A stretch of 64,000 nucleotides of DNA from an uncultured Clostridia bacterium. GTDB lineage: Bacteria; Bacillota; Clostridia; TANB77; CAG-508. Shown piece by piece: positions 31,953-41,896 of the stretch (the stretch's first letter is position 1; each line of letters starts with the position of its first letter). The stretch lies in the NCBI GenBank assembly GCA_944386725.1, contig CALXCE010000003.1, positions 26,106 to 90,105 of the forward strand, written 5' to 3'. A model generated the notes under the pieces. It saw only the letters and a program-made list of their open reading frames with translations, ran no database searches and was not told the origin of the DNA. Position numbers and translations under genes: made by a program.

Positions 31953-32140
31953 TGCCCCGCCTTAGCCGTCAGCTGCCTTGAATTTTTAAGGACCTGCTCC
32001 TAAAAACAGGTGGGTGCCTACCTGAATACTCATGGGCTTCTCACTATATGCTGTGAGCTTGCACGCCATATTCTAGAGATTTGGCCCCTCTTAAAATGTG
32101 TTGGTTCTAAAAATTCTGCCTATACGCACTACGCAGGGTA
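31953..32140 (-). ncRNA. ssrS: 6S RNA
   Basis: CCCTGCG 5' end pairing with GCGGGG 3' end; GAACCAACACATT, TGGCGTGC, GGCACCCACCTG...AGCAGGT, ACGGC, all typical of Firmicutes 6S. Confidence 0.9.
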
Positions 32141-32195
32141 AATTTGATTATTCTTTTAAGTTATTTTTATTTTAACATAGTCTATTCTATTTTAC

Positions 32196-32227
32196 AAACA
32201 GAAATAATTGGTTAATTATTTCTGTTT
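32196..32227. terminator. hairpin terminator after hemolysin III gene
   Basis: AAACAGAAATAATT-GGTT-AATTATTTCTGTTT. Confidence 0.6.
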
Positions 32228-32276
32228 CTTTTATTAAATATATCTATCTTACTTTTTCTAACAAAATCTCATTTTT

Positions 32277-32951
32277 TCACATCACATATAATAATATGCA
32301 TAAGAATTGTAAAAAGCTACCTAATAAAATAAATAAATGAAAAATAGAATGAGCATATTTATATTTCTTTCCTAATCCATATACAATAGCACCTACTGTG
32401 TAAGCAATTCCTCCTGCTAATAAAAGAATAAATCCATTTTTTGTCAGCAATTCTGGTAATAAATTGGCTTTTATAATAATACACCAACCCATTAATAAAT
32501 AACATATCATGGAAAACACTTTGAATTTCTTGATATCTATTGCGTTTAATACAATTCCTAAAATAGCTAACGCCCATATAATACCAAAGATAAGCCAACC
32601 TGTGAAAACATCATATTCCCTAATAACACATAAGGCAAAAGGTGTATAAGAACCTGCAATTAATAAAAATATTGAACAATGGTCTAATATTTGAAATACT
32701 TTTTTGGATTTGATTTTTGGACTTAATCCATGGTAAATACTAGACATAGTATATAAAATAATCATGGTTACTCCATAAATAGTCCCACTTACAACTCCAT
32801 ATACATTTCCATTTACTGTTGCAAAAACGATACATAACACAGTTGCTACAATTCCTAAAACTGCACCTACTATATGAGAAGTCATATTGAAAATTTCTTC
32901 CCCTTTTGTATAGGTTGGTAATATCCTATCTTTTAATTTTGTTCTTTGCAT
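32277..32951 (-). CDS. hemolysin III / PAQR family membrane protein
   Basis: EEIFNMTSH, SSIYH, LDHCSIFLLIAGSYTP, HSIFHLF. Confidence 0.93.
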   Translation of the reverse strand: MQRTKLKDRILPTYTKGEEIFNMTSHIVGAVLGIVATVLCIVFATVNGNVYGVVSGTIYGVTMIILYTMSSIYHGLSPKIKSKKVFQILDHCSIFLLIAGSYTPFALCVIREYDVFTGWLIFGIIWALAILGIVLNAIDIKKFKVFSMICYLLMGWCIIIKANLLPELLTKNGFILLLAGGIAYTVGAIVYGLGKKYKYAHSIFHLFILLGSFLQFLCILLYVM

Positions 32952-33059
32952 TCTTATCTCCTAAAATTATTTTTATCCATTATATCACAAATTATTTAAC
33001 TGGGAAAGTTTTTTATAGTATTTCTAACAAAGTTTATTATTTTCTTTATAAGTATTAAA

Positions 33060-34103
33060 CTATTTCTGTTGTTCTTCTTCTTTTTCCTTCTTAATAATAT
33101 TTAAAACTTTTTGTAATTTTATTTTACTTTTTTCTATAACATCATTAACTTCTTTCTTTCTATCTTCTGGTATAGTTATTTTTTTTCTTTTATTTATGTC
33201 TTCATATACTTTATCCATATCTATATTCAAAAGCGTATTTGCATATTCCATTACTTTGTCACTCTTTAATAAAAATTCTAACATTGCTTCATCATCATAC
33301 TTGTCTCCTATGTATATGGGTCTTATCTTAAGTTTATTTTCTGCTAGTCCTCCTTCTAAATCATAAATCGGTGTAAAATCAAAGGTATTGTTTTGACCTT
33401 CTATGATCCCCCAATTTCCATTATGCTCATCTCTTGAGTTTATAAATATATGAAACAGCATAATGCTTTTATACTTATCTATAATATGACTTATTTTTTC
33501 TTCATTACAACCTTTTGCTGTTAAATAATTTCGTATCAAATCTGGATTATCTGAAATATCCATATTGGTTCCTGATATTTCCCTACCTTGTACTATCTTT
33601 TCATCTAACCTTAAAAAACTCGGTGTTATGATAACCTTTTTTCCATTTAGTATGGCTGGATAATAACTAGCAACATTATAGTTCGCTTCTCTTGCTATTT
33701 GTTCTGAAATTAAAGTAGTATCTGTGCTGCAACTTTGTTCTAATTCTTTTATAAGTATTGGAATCTCTTTATATATAATCCAGCTTTTTGCATATATACC
33801 AGGACCATTATGTTTTCTTTCTATATATTTATCGTTTAATAAAACATTCCCTTGATCATCTCTTTTTAAAGAACCATTTTTATTCTCAACGAAAAAATCT
33901 TCTATTAACTCTTCATTTTCAATGATATAACTAGCAACCATCTCCCCAAATTTTTTATCCAAAAAAGCCAATAAACTAGGATTATTTGCAATTTCTTCTA
34001 ATATTTTTTTATATTTGCGCATTCTTTTACTATTTATTGGCTCACCATTAGTTTCAATGCCACTTAAATATTTTAATACCATTTCTTTATCTAACATTCC
34101 CAT
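33060..34103 (-). CDS. HipA/CtkA-like kinase
   Basis: GPGIYAK Gly loop/Lys, SEQIA helix, RDEHNGNWG catalytic loop, FTPIYD. Confidence 0.7.
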   Translation of the reverse strand: MGMLDKEMVLKYLSGIETNGEPINSKRMRKYKKILEEIANNPSLLAFLDKKFGEMVASYIIENEELIEDFFVENKNGSLKRDDQGNVLLNDKYIERKHNGPGIYAKSWIIYKEIPILIKELEQSCSTDTTLISEQIAREANYNVASYYPAILNGKKVIITPSFLRLDEKIVQGREISGTNMDISDNPDLIRNYLTAKGCNEEKISHIIDKYKSIMLFHIFINSRDEHNGNWGIIEGQNNTFDFTPIYDLEGGLAENKLKIRPIYIGDKYDDEAMLEFLLKSDKVMEYANTLLNIDMDKVYEDINKRKKITIPEDRKKEVNDVIEKSKIKLQKVLNIIKKEKEEEQQK

Positions 34104-34375
34104 ATTATCACCTATTTATAATTTTATCATGCTATAAAAGGATAATCAATATTTTTGTCATTTTTTGTCAACATTTCTATTTTTTCATCTTTCGTATTCA
34201 TTTATTAATTGCTTTAGTTTTAATATAGAATAAAAATATTGGAAGTTATAGTGAAATTTGATATATTAGTCTTACTATTATCATTGGTATTGAAAGTGAG
34301 TTAAATTATGAATAAAAAATATTTCAATGGAGAATACTAAAATTAAAATAGAATTAAATTGAAAAGGTAAACAAA

Positions 34376-35950
34376 TTGAAACATATATATTATAATGGTG
34401 ATTTTATTACATTAGAAAATTATGAAATAGAATCTATGCTTGTAGAAGATGGTATCATAAAAAAAGTAGGAAGTTTAGAAAAAATTTTATCTTATAAAGA
34501 TAATAAAACAAACTTAATGAATCTAAATGGAAAAACAATGATGCCATCTTTTATTGATGCTCATAGCCATTTTTCAGGTGTTGCAAATAATTTCTTAAAA
34601 GTAAATTTAGAAAATTGTAAAAATTTTAAAGATATTGAGGAAACCTTAAAAAGCTTTAAAATAGAAAAAGAAATACAAAATAATATTTGGATATTAGCTG
34701 AGGGCTATGATCATAACTATTTAGACGAAAAATCACATCCAAAAAAAGAAATAATTGATAAAGTTTTGCCTAATAATCCTGTTGTATTACAACATAAATC
34801 TGGACATGTAGGTGTATTTAATACCATGGCTTTACAATTATTAAATATAACATCTAAGACCACTTCTAGTGAAGGAGGTCTTATAGAAAAAGTAAATGGA
34901 CAACCTACTGGATACATGGAAGAAAATACTTTTTTGCATTATTTAAATAAAATTCCTCTGCCTAATATGGATGACTTGTTAAGCTCATACCAAAAAGCAC
35001 AAGAACAGTATCTTTCATATGGAATTACTACAATTCAAGATGGAATGTCTTATGAATCAATGATACCTATTTATCAAAATTTAATAAATGAAAAACAATT
35101 AAAATTAGATTTAGTATCATACATTCCCCCACAAAATAGCCAAAAATTTTTTTCTAATTTCAAAGAACATATTAGACAATATAAAAATAATTTTAAAATA
35201 GGTGGATATAAAATATTCTTAGATGGTTCTCCTCAGGGAAGAACTGCATGGATGAGAACTCCCTATATGGATAGTCCAAATTATTTTGGCTACAATACTA
35301 TGACCGATTTAGAAGTTGAAAAGGCTATAGAAATAGGAATAGCTACTAATATGCAATTATTAGCTCATTGTAATGGAGACAAAGCTGCTGAGCAATTTAT
35401 AAATAGTATTAAAAAATATGGAACCACTACTCAAAACACACGACCTGTTATGATACATGCTCAATTTCTTGGAATTGACCAAATAGATGCTTTAAAAAAA
35501 TATAATATAATTCCTTCATTTTTCATTTCTCATATTTTTCATTGGGGAGATATTCATATTAAAAATTTTGGATATGAACGAGCAAGTAAAATAAGTCCAG
35601 CTAATACAACGCTAAAAAAGAACGTTATCTTTACATTTCATCAAGATTCTCCTGTACTACAACCCAATATGTTTGAAACGATTTGGTGTGCTGTTACCAG
35701 AAAGACAAAAACCAAGAAAATTCTTGGAGAAGATGAAAAAATAAGTGTTTTAAATGCGATTAAAGCAGTAACTATAAATAGTGCATATCAATATTTTGAG
35801 GAAAATGAAAAAGGTAGCATAAAAGAAGGGAAAACTGCTGATTTTATAATTATTGATAAAAATCCTTTAAAAATTGATATTGACGAAATTAAAGATATCA
35901 AGATTTTAGAAACAATTAAACAAGGAAATACGTTGTTTAGATGCAAGTAA
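34376..35950 (+). CDS. amidohydrolase (YtcJ / amidohydro_3 family)
   Basis: MPSFIDAHSH, KIFLDGS, HCNGD, MIHAQ, GSIKEGKTADFII. Confidence 0.9.
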   Translation: MKHIYYNGDFITLENYEIESMLVEDGIIKKVGSLEKILSYKDNKTNLMNLNGKTMMPSFIDAHSHFSGVANNFLKVNLENCKNFKDIEETLKSFKIEKEIQNNIWILAEGYDHNYLDEKSHPKKEIIDKVLPNNPVVLQHKSGHVGVFNTMALQLLNITSKTTSSEGGLIEKVNGQPTGYMEENTFLHYLNKIPLPNMDDLLSSYQKAQEQYLSYGITTIQDGMSYESMIPIYQNLINEKQLKLDLVSYIPPQNSQKFFSNFKEHIRQYKNNFKIGGYKIFLDGSPQGRTAWMRTPYMDSPNYFGYNTMTDLEVEKAIEIGIATNMQLLAHCNGDKAAEQFINSIKKYGTTTQNTRPVMIHAQFLGIDQIDALKKYNIIPSFFISHIFHWGDIHIKNFGYERASKISPANTTLKKNVIFTFHQDSPVLQPNMFETIWCAVTRKTKTKKILGEDEKISVLNAIKAVTINSAYQYFEENEKGSIKEGKTADFIIIDKNPLKIDIDEIKDIKILETIKQGNTLFRCK

Positions 35951-36001
35951 CAATTATTATATCAAGATTTATAAATAATATGCCCATTTTCCCATACTTT
36001 T

Positions 36002-36711
36002 TTATTCTTTTATTTCTTGTGCTAATTTATCAATTGCTTTGGTTTCAATACGTGACACATAAGAACGAGAAATTCCCATCATTTTGGCAATTTCATTTTG
36101 TGTCTTTGGTTTATGACCTCCTAATCCAAATCGTAATTCTAAAATTGTCCTTTCTCTATCTTTTAAAATTTCTTTCATCTTTTGATAAAGCAGTTTAATT
36201 TTCATTTTGATGTCCACTTCATCTTCAATATTTCTCTCATTATTTTCTAAAACTTCTTGCAAAGTTACCACATTATCATCTTTATCTTTTCCGATTGGCT
36301 CATTTAAATAAACTTCTGCTCCGAAGCTTTTTAGTAGCCCTCAAATGCATTAATATTTCATTGTCTATACAACGTGATACATAAGTAGAAAGCCTGGCTC
36401 CCTTTTCTATGTTAAAACTATTAATTCCTTTGATTAAGCCCACAGTACCAATGGATATTAAATCATCTTGATCTACTTTAGCTGTACTATATTTTTTAGC
36501 CACATGAGCAACCAGTCTCAAATTTCTTTCAATTAAAATATTTCTAGCTTCATCATCCCCTTTCGCCATTTGCTCTAAACAATTTTTTTCTTCTTCTGCT
36601 GTTAGTGGTTCTGGGAATAAAGTTCCTCCTTGAATATATCCGAACTACAAATACTGCTGATTTTAGAAATTCTAAAAACCCCAATATCCCTGTCATACAA
36701 ATCGATAGCAA
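36002..36711 (-). CDS. sigK: pro-sigmaK, with two +1 breaks at CGG 36640-36642 and 36321-36323
   Basis: TTG start after GGAGG; pro-sequence, FPEPL, NLRLVAHVAKKY, DDLISIGTVGLIKG, TQNEIAKMMGISRSYVSRIE; 235 aa when both extra Cs are skipped. Confidence 0.88.
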
Positions 36712-36804
36712 TATAAATGCACCTCCATTTTTACTTCCATATAATCCAATATATGTTTTTAAAAAATGAAAAGTGCATGACCTTTTAATTTATATTTTTA
36801 TTTT

Positions 36805-37578
36805 CTAGATACCCATAATATTATAACCATTATCAGCATAGACAATTTGTCCAGTAACGCTATCAGACATAGAGCTTAATAAAAATGTTGCTACATTGCC
36901 TACTTGAATGGTTGTTACATTTTTATGTAATGGTGCTTTTTCTTCTATCACAGTTAAGACAGAACCAAAATCTTTAATTCCTTTAGCAGATAAGGTTTTA
37001 ATTGGACCTGCTGAAACAGCATTTACTCGAATACCTTCTTTTCCTAAGTTTTCTGCTAAATATCTAACACTTGATTCCAACGCTGCTTTAGCAACTCCCA
37101 TTACATTATAATTGTCAATTACTTTCGTAGAACCATGATAAGTTAAAGTAATAAGACTTGCGTTTTCATTTAGCATATCTAATTCTTTTGCCATTCTAGC
37201 TGCTAATACAAATGAATAGCTACTTACATCACACGCGTGTGAAAATCCTTCTTTACTAGTATAGATAAAATCATTGTGTAAATCTTCTGTGTTGGCATGT
37301 GCAACAGCATGCACAATCCCATCTATTTTTCCATTTTCTTCTTTGATTTTAGAAAATGTTTCTCTTACTAACTCATCCTCTGAAGCGCCATTTAAAACAT
37401 ATGCTTTACTTCCTTCAAATTCTGATATTAATTCTTCTATTTTATTCTTATTTTCCTCTCCCATGTAAGTAAAAATAAGCTTGGCACCATTTTCATAAGC
37501 TGATTTAGCAATTCCAAATGCAATACTCCACTTATTTCTAATTCCCATAATTAATATTTTTTTTCCTTCTAATAACAT
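36805..37578 (-). CDS. fabI: enoyl-ACP reductase FabI
   Basis: GIRNKWSIAFGIA, YNVMGVAKAALE, SAGPIKTL. Confidence 0.93.
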   Translation of the reverse strand: MLLEGKKILIMGIRNKWSIAFGIAKSAYENGAKLIFTYMGEENKNKIEELISEFEGSKAYVLNGASEDELVRETFSKIKEENGKIDGIVHAVAHANTEDLHNDFIYTSKEGFSHACDVSSYSFVLAARMAKELDMLNENASLITLTYHGSTKVIDNYNVMGVAKAALESSVRYLAENLGKEGIRVNAVSAGPIKTLSAKGIKDFGSVLTVIEEKAPLHKNVTTIQVGNVATFLLSSMSDSVTGQIVYADNGYNIMGI

Positions 37579-37608
37579 TTTTTACTCCTCCTCATTTTAT
37601 ATTTGAAT

Positions 37609-38416
37609 TTATAAAGTTTTATATTCTCCCATATTTCTAAACTTTTGATATCTATCCTCTACAATTTGCTCTGAATTCATATCTCTCATCTCATCTATTA
37701 CATTTTGTATTTCTTTTCTTAAACTTTTAGCTACTTTTAAAAAGCTGGCTTCTTCATCACCTTTTGGCTCTTTAATAATTTTATCAATCACTTTTAATTC
37801 ATATAAATCTTTAGCTGTCAATTTCATCTTTTCAGCAGCCTCTTTTGTTCTTGATGCATCTTTCCATAAAATACTAGCATATCCTTCTGGAGATAAAATA
37901 GAATAAATTGCATTTTCTAGCATAAACACTCTATTTCCAACGCCTAACGCTAAAGCACCTCCACTAGAACCTTCTCCAATAACAATAGCGATAACTGGCA
38001 CTTTTAATTTACTAAGTTCTAACATTGAACTAGCAATTGCTTCTCCGTTGTCCCCTCTCTTCTGCACCAATTCCTGGATAAGCTCCCTTTGTATCAATAA
38101 AAGTGATTACTGGTCTTTTAAACTTTTCTGCTTGACGCATAAATCGAATTCCTTTTCGATAAGCTTCTGGATTTGGCATTCCAAAATTTCTTTCTATATT
38201 TTCTTTTGTTGTTCTTCCTTTTTGTTCTGCTATCACTGTATAGTTTTGGTTTCTTATTTTGGCTAAACCGCACACAATTGATTTATCATCTTTAAAATTT
38301 CTATCGCCATGTAATTCGATAAAATCGTCAAAAATTTCTTCAATATAGTCAATGGCTGTTTTCCTTTTTGGATTTCTTGCTATTTCTACTTTTTCCCAAG
38401 CTGTTAACTCTTTCAT
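37609..38416 (-). CDS. accA: acetyl-CoA carboxylase carboxyltransferase alpha, with +1 break at CGG 38045-38047
   Basis: [51 protein letters not shown]. Confidence 0.93.
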
Positions 38417-38437
38417 CAAAATCCTCCTCTCTTAGTC

Positions 38438-38566
38438 AGGGATTTAGGGACGTTCCTTAGAATCCCTTTTTTTGGGATGTGGGGACACTCCTTTATAACT
38501 TATTTATTTAAAGGACTGTCCCTCAGTCCCACTTTTAGGGATTTCAAGGAACGTCCCTAAATCCCT
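38438..38566. repeat. nested REP doublet, subtype C, at the accD-accA junction
   Basis: 30-bp arms 38438-38467 and 38537-38566 (2 mismatches) enclosing an inner imperfect IR; accD TGA lies inside one arm. Confidence 0.88.
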
Positions 38567-39401
38567 CTTTATGGAATTGAATTAATTGGTATAATGTATC
38601 CTTTAATTCTTTTCTCTCCACAATTTTATCAATAAAACCATGTTCTAATAAAAATTCTGCTGTTTGAAACCCCTCTGGTAATTCCTCTCCAATCGTTTGC
38701 TTGATTACTCTTTGTCCAGCAAAACCAATCATAGCACCTGGCTCTGCCAATATGATATCAGCTAAACTCGCAAAAGATGCTGTAACTCCTCCATAAGTCG
38801 GATCTGTTAAAACAGATATGTATAATAAACCTGCTTCATTTAATTTAGAAATAGCTGCTGTTGTTTTTGCCATCTGCATAAGAGATATAATTCCTTCTTG
38901 CATTCTAGCACCACCAGAAGTACAAAATATAATAATAGGAAGTTTCAATTCGATGGCTTTTTCAACCGCATAAGTAATTTTTTCTCCTACTACAATTCCC
39001 ATGCTTCCCATCAAAAATCCGCTATCCATTACACAAATAACTACTTTTTCTCCTTTTATTTCTCCAATTCCACAGCCTACTGCTTCTTGAATTCCGGTTC
39101 TTTCCCTTAATCCTTTTATCTTTTTTGGATAATCTTCTAATTCTAAAGGATTAGTCGTATCAATGTTCAAATCGAACCTTTGATAAGTACCTTTATCTAT
39201 GATACTTTCTAATCTCTTATTAATGTGCATTCTAAAGTAAGCTCCACAATTTGGACAAATACTGTTATTAGCTCTTACGGTTTCTTTATATAATATTTCC
39301 TTACATTTATCACATTTTACCCATTTACCAACTTGTATATCAACTTGATTTTTCGTTCTTTTGGCAGTTGGCTCTCGCTTTTTCATTTTGTCTACAATCA
39401 T
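38544..39401 (-). CDS. accD: acetyl-CoA carboxylase carboxyltransferase beta
   Basis: CDKC...CPNC zinc finger, GSMG..VGEK, SGGARMQEG, GFAGQRVI, FQTAEFLLEHG. Confidence 0.96.
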   Translation of the reverse strand: MIVDKMKKREPTAKRTKNQVDIQVGKWVKCDKCKEILYKETVRANNSICPNCGAYFRMHINKRLESIIDKGTYQRFDLNIDTTNPLELEDYPKKIKGLRERTGIQEAVGCGIGEIKGEKVVICVMDSGFLMGSMGIVVGEKITYAVEKAIELKLPIIIFCTSGGARMQEGIISLMQMAKTTAAISKLNEAGLLYISVLTDPTYGGVTASFASLADIILAEPGAMIGFAGQRVIKQTIGEELPEGFQTAEFLLEHGFIDKIVERKELKDTLYQLIQFHKEGFRDVP

Positions 39402-39417
39402 ATTTTCATTCCTTTCT

Positions 39418-39450
39418 GGGTGTTTTTCGGGACGGGGTCAAAAAACACCC
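39418..39450. repeat. single REP, subtype B, at the accC-accD junction
   Basis: GGGTGTTTTTCGGGACGGGGTCAAAAAACACCC, 1 nt after accC stop and abutting accD RBS. Confidence 0.85.
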
Positions 39451-39451
39451 A

Positions 39452-40792
39452 TTATTTTAAAATTTCAGTTTCAATAAATGATGTATCAAAATTTCCTCTA
39501 ATAAAATTAGGATTTTTAATAATCTTAAATAAGAAATCAATATTGGTTTCGACACCTTCTATTACAATCTCTTCCAAAGCTCTTTTCATTTTACTGATAG
39601 CTTCATTTCTCGTATCTCCATGTGTGATGATTTTTGCAATCATAGAATCATAAGAAGGTGGAATAGTATAGCCTTCATAAATAGCAGTATCTACTCTAAC
39701 TCCATTTCCTCCTGGTAAGTTTAATCCTGTAATAGTACCTGGACATGGCATAAAATTTTTACTTGGATTTTCTGCATTTATTCTACATTCCATACTATGC
39801 CCTTTAAATTCAATATCTTTTTGTTTTAATTTTAATGGTTCACCTGCTGCTATTTTTATTTGAGCTTTTACAATGTCAATTCCTGTTCTTTCTTCTGTGA
39901 TAGGATGTTCTACCTGAATTCTAGTATTCATCTCCATAAAATAGAAATTTTTATCACTATCTACTAAAAATTCAATTGTACCACAACTTGTATATCCTGC
40001 TACTTTAGCAGCTTTTATCGCTGCTTCTCCCATTTTTGTTCTTAATTTATCATCAATTGCTGTAGATGGTGTTTCTTCAATTATTTTTTGATTTTTACGT
40101 TGAATAGAACAATCTCTTTCTCCCAAATGAATAACATTTCCATGTTCGTCTGCTAAGATTTGTATTTCAACATGCCTTGGATTTTTAACAAATTTTTCAA
40201 TATAAATTTCATCATCATTAAAAGAAATTTTGGCTTCTTGTTTTACAATATTATAGCTACTTTCTAATTCTTCTGGAGAATTGACAATACGAATTCCTTT
40301 TCCTCCACCTCCAGCTGCGGCTTTTAACATAATAGGATAACCAATTTTGCTTGCTATCTTGATAGCATCTTTTAAGCCTTTTACACTCCCATCAGAACCT
40401 GGTATAACAGGCACTCCTGCTGATTTCATTAACTCTTTAGCATTTGATTTGTTTCCCATCAACTCAATTACCTGATAAGAAGGCCCAATAAATTTAATAT
40501 TTGACTCTTCACATATTTTAGTAAATTGACTATTTTCTGATAGAAATCCAAATCCTGGATGAATACTATCTGCACCTGTTATATTTGCTGCTTCTATGAT
40601 ATTTTTTAAATTCAAATAACTTTTTCCGCTATTTGCTGGCCCTATACATACAGCCTCATCTGCCAAACGAGTATGCATAGCATCTTTATCCATTTCGGAA
40701 TATACTGCCACTGTTTTTATATTCATTTCTTTACAAGCTCTTATAATACGAACTGCTATTTCACCTCGATTAGCAATTAAAATCTTATTCAT
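39452..40792 (-). CDS. accC: biotin carboxylase
   Basis: MNKILIANRGEIA, HPGFGFLSEN, AGGGGKG, EMNTRIQVEH; start 40792. Confidence 0.97.
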   Translation of the reverse strand: MNKILIANRGEIAVRIIRACKEMNIKTVAVYSEMDKDAMHTRLADEAVCIGPANSGKSYLNLKNIIEAANITGADSIHPGFGFLSENSQFTKICEESNIKFIGPSYQVIELMGNKSNAKELMKSAGVPVIPGSDGSVKGLKDAIKIASKIGYPIMLKAAAGGGGKGIRIVNSPEELESSYNIVKQEAKISFNDDEIYIEKFVKNPRHVEIQILADEHGNVIHLGERDCSIQRKNQKIIEETPSTAIDDKLRTKMGEAAIKAAKVAGYTSCGTIEFLVDSDKNFYFMEMNTRIQVEHPITEERTGIDIVKAQIKIAAGEPLKLKQKDIEFKGHSMECRINAENPSKNFMPCPGTITGLNLPGGNGVRVDTAIYEGYTIPPSYDSMIAKIITHGDTRNEAISKMKRALEEIVIEGVETNIDFLFKIIKNPNFIRGNFDTSFIETEILK

Positions 40793-40813
40793 TGTTTCTT
40801 TCTTCCTTTCCTT

Positions 40814-40919
40814 GGGACATGGGACATGGGGACGTAGATAATGTCCCAATCTAATAAATTATTTAATTCATGCTCGAATAATCTGGGACATTATCTACGT
40901 CCCCATGTCCCTATGTCCC
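40814..40919. repeat. REP doublet, subtype D, at the fabZ-accC junction
   Basis: 28-bp perfect IR GGGACATGGGGACGTAGATAATGTCCCA with GGGACAT 7-mer extensions. Confidence 0.88.
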
Positions 40920-40925
40920 TTGTCC

Positions 40926-41348
40926 TTATACTACTGCAAAAGTTAATTCTCCTTTTGCTACTATTTTATCTTCTACGGTTGCAATTGCTTCTCCTACTCC
41001 TATTGGTCCTTTTTGTTTTATTATTTTCACTTCTAATTTTAGTTTATCTCCTGGTACTACCATCTTTTTAAATCTCATTTTGTCGATTCCACCAAATAGA
41101 GCATTTTTCCCTTTATTTTCTTCTACACTAAGAATAGCAATCGCTCCTGTTTGGGCTAAACTTTCTGCAATTAATACTCCTGGCATAATTGGATTTCCTG
41201 GAAAATGTCCTTTGAAATACCACTCTTCTTGATTTACGTATTTATAAGCTATTGCACTCTCCCCTGGTGTATATTTTTCTACTTCGTCTATCATTAAAAA
41301 AGGCTCTCTTTGTGGTATAATTTCTTTAATTTCTTCTTTTTTTAACAT
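40926..41348 (-). CDS. fabZ: 3-hydroxyacyl-ACP dehydratase
   Basis: PQREPFLMID, GHFPGNPIMPGVL. Confidence 0.96.
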   Translation of the reverse strand: MLKKEEIKEIIPQREPFLMIDEVEKYTPGESAIAYKYVNQEEWYFKGHFPGNPIMPGVLIAESLAQTGAIAILSVEENKGKNALFGGIDKMRFKKMVVPGDKLKLEVKIIKQKGPIGVGEAIATVEDKIVAKGELTFAVV

Positions 41349-41400
41349 TTTTTCACTTCTTTCTTTTATTTTATGTATATGAAAATCTTTTGTCTGTTTT

Positions 41401-41853
41401 TTATTTTATAATAAATAATGGCTTTCCATATTCTACTGGTTCTTCATCTTTTACTAAAATTTCTATAATCTCTCCATCAAATTCAGATTCTATTTCATTC
41501 ATTAATTTCATAGCTTCTATAATACAAAGAACATCGCCTTTTTTTACTTTTTTTCCTACTTCTACATATGGTTCACTATTAGGAGATGGTTTTGAATAAA
41601 AAGTTCCCACCATTGGAGATGTTACAACATTACCTTCTTGTATTTTTTCTTCTTTTTTATCATTATTTGTTTCCACTTTTACTTCTTCTTTTGTTGATAA
41701 ATTTTCTACTGGCATATTTTCTGTTACTTTGACAACTTGCTTTTCCTCTTTTTTCATACTAATTTTGGTACCATCTGGAAAATCAATATCAATTGCTGTT
41801 AATTTAGAATTTCCCATATCCTCCATTAGTTGTTTTATTTTTTCATACTCCAT
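41401..41853 (-). CDS. accB: biotin carboxyl carrier protein
   Basis: SPMVGTFY, EAMKLMNEI. Confidence 0.95.
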   Translation of the reverse strand: MEYEKIKQLMEDMGNSKLTAIDIDFPDGTKISMKKEEKQVVKVTENMPVENLSTKEEVKVETNNDKKEEKIQEGNVVTSPMVGTFYSKPSPNSEPYVEVGKKVKKGDVLCIIEAMKLMNEIESEFDGEIIEILVKDEEPVEYGKPLFIIK

Positions 41854-41896
41854 TAACTCCTCATTCCTTTCTATTTTTTTATATAAAGCAATAATA

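Noticed and set aside
36002-36711. skin-like excisable element in sigK
   Set aside because: The fragments are contiguous apart from single bases; no recombinase or inserted DNA
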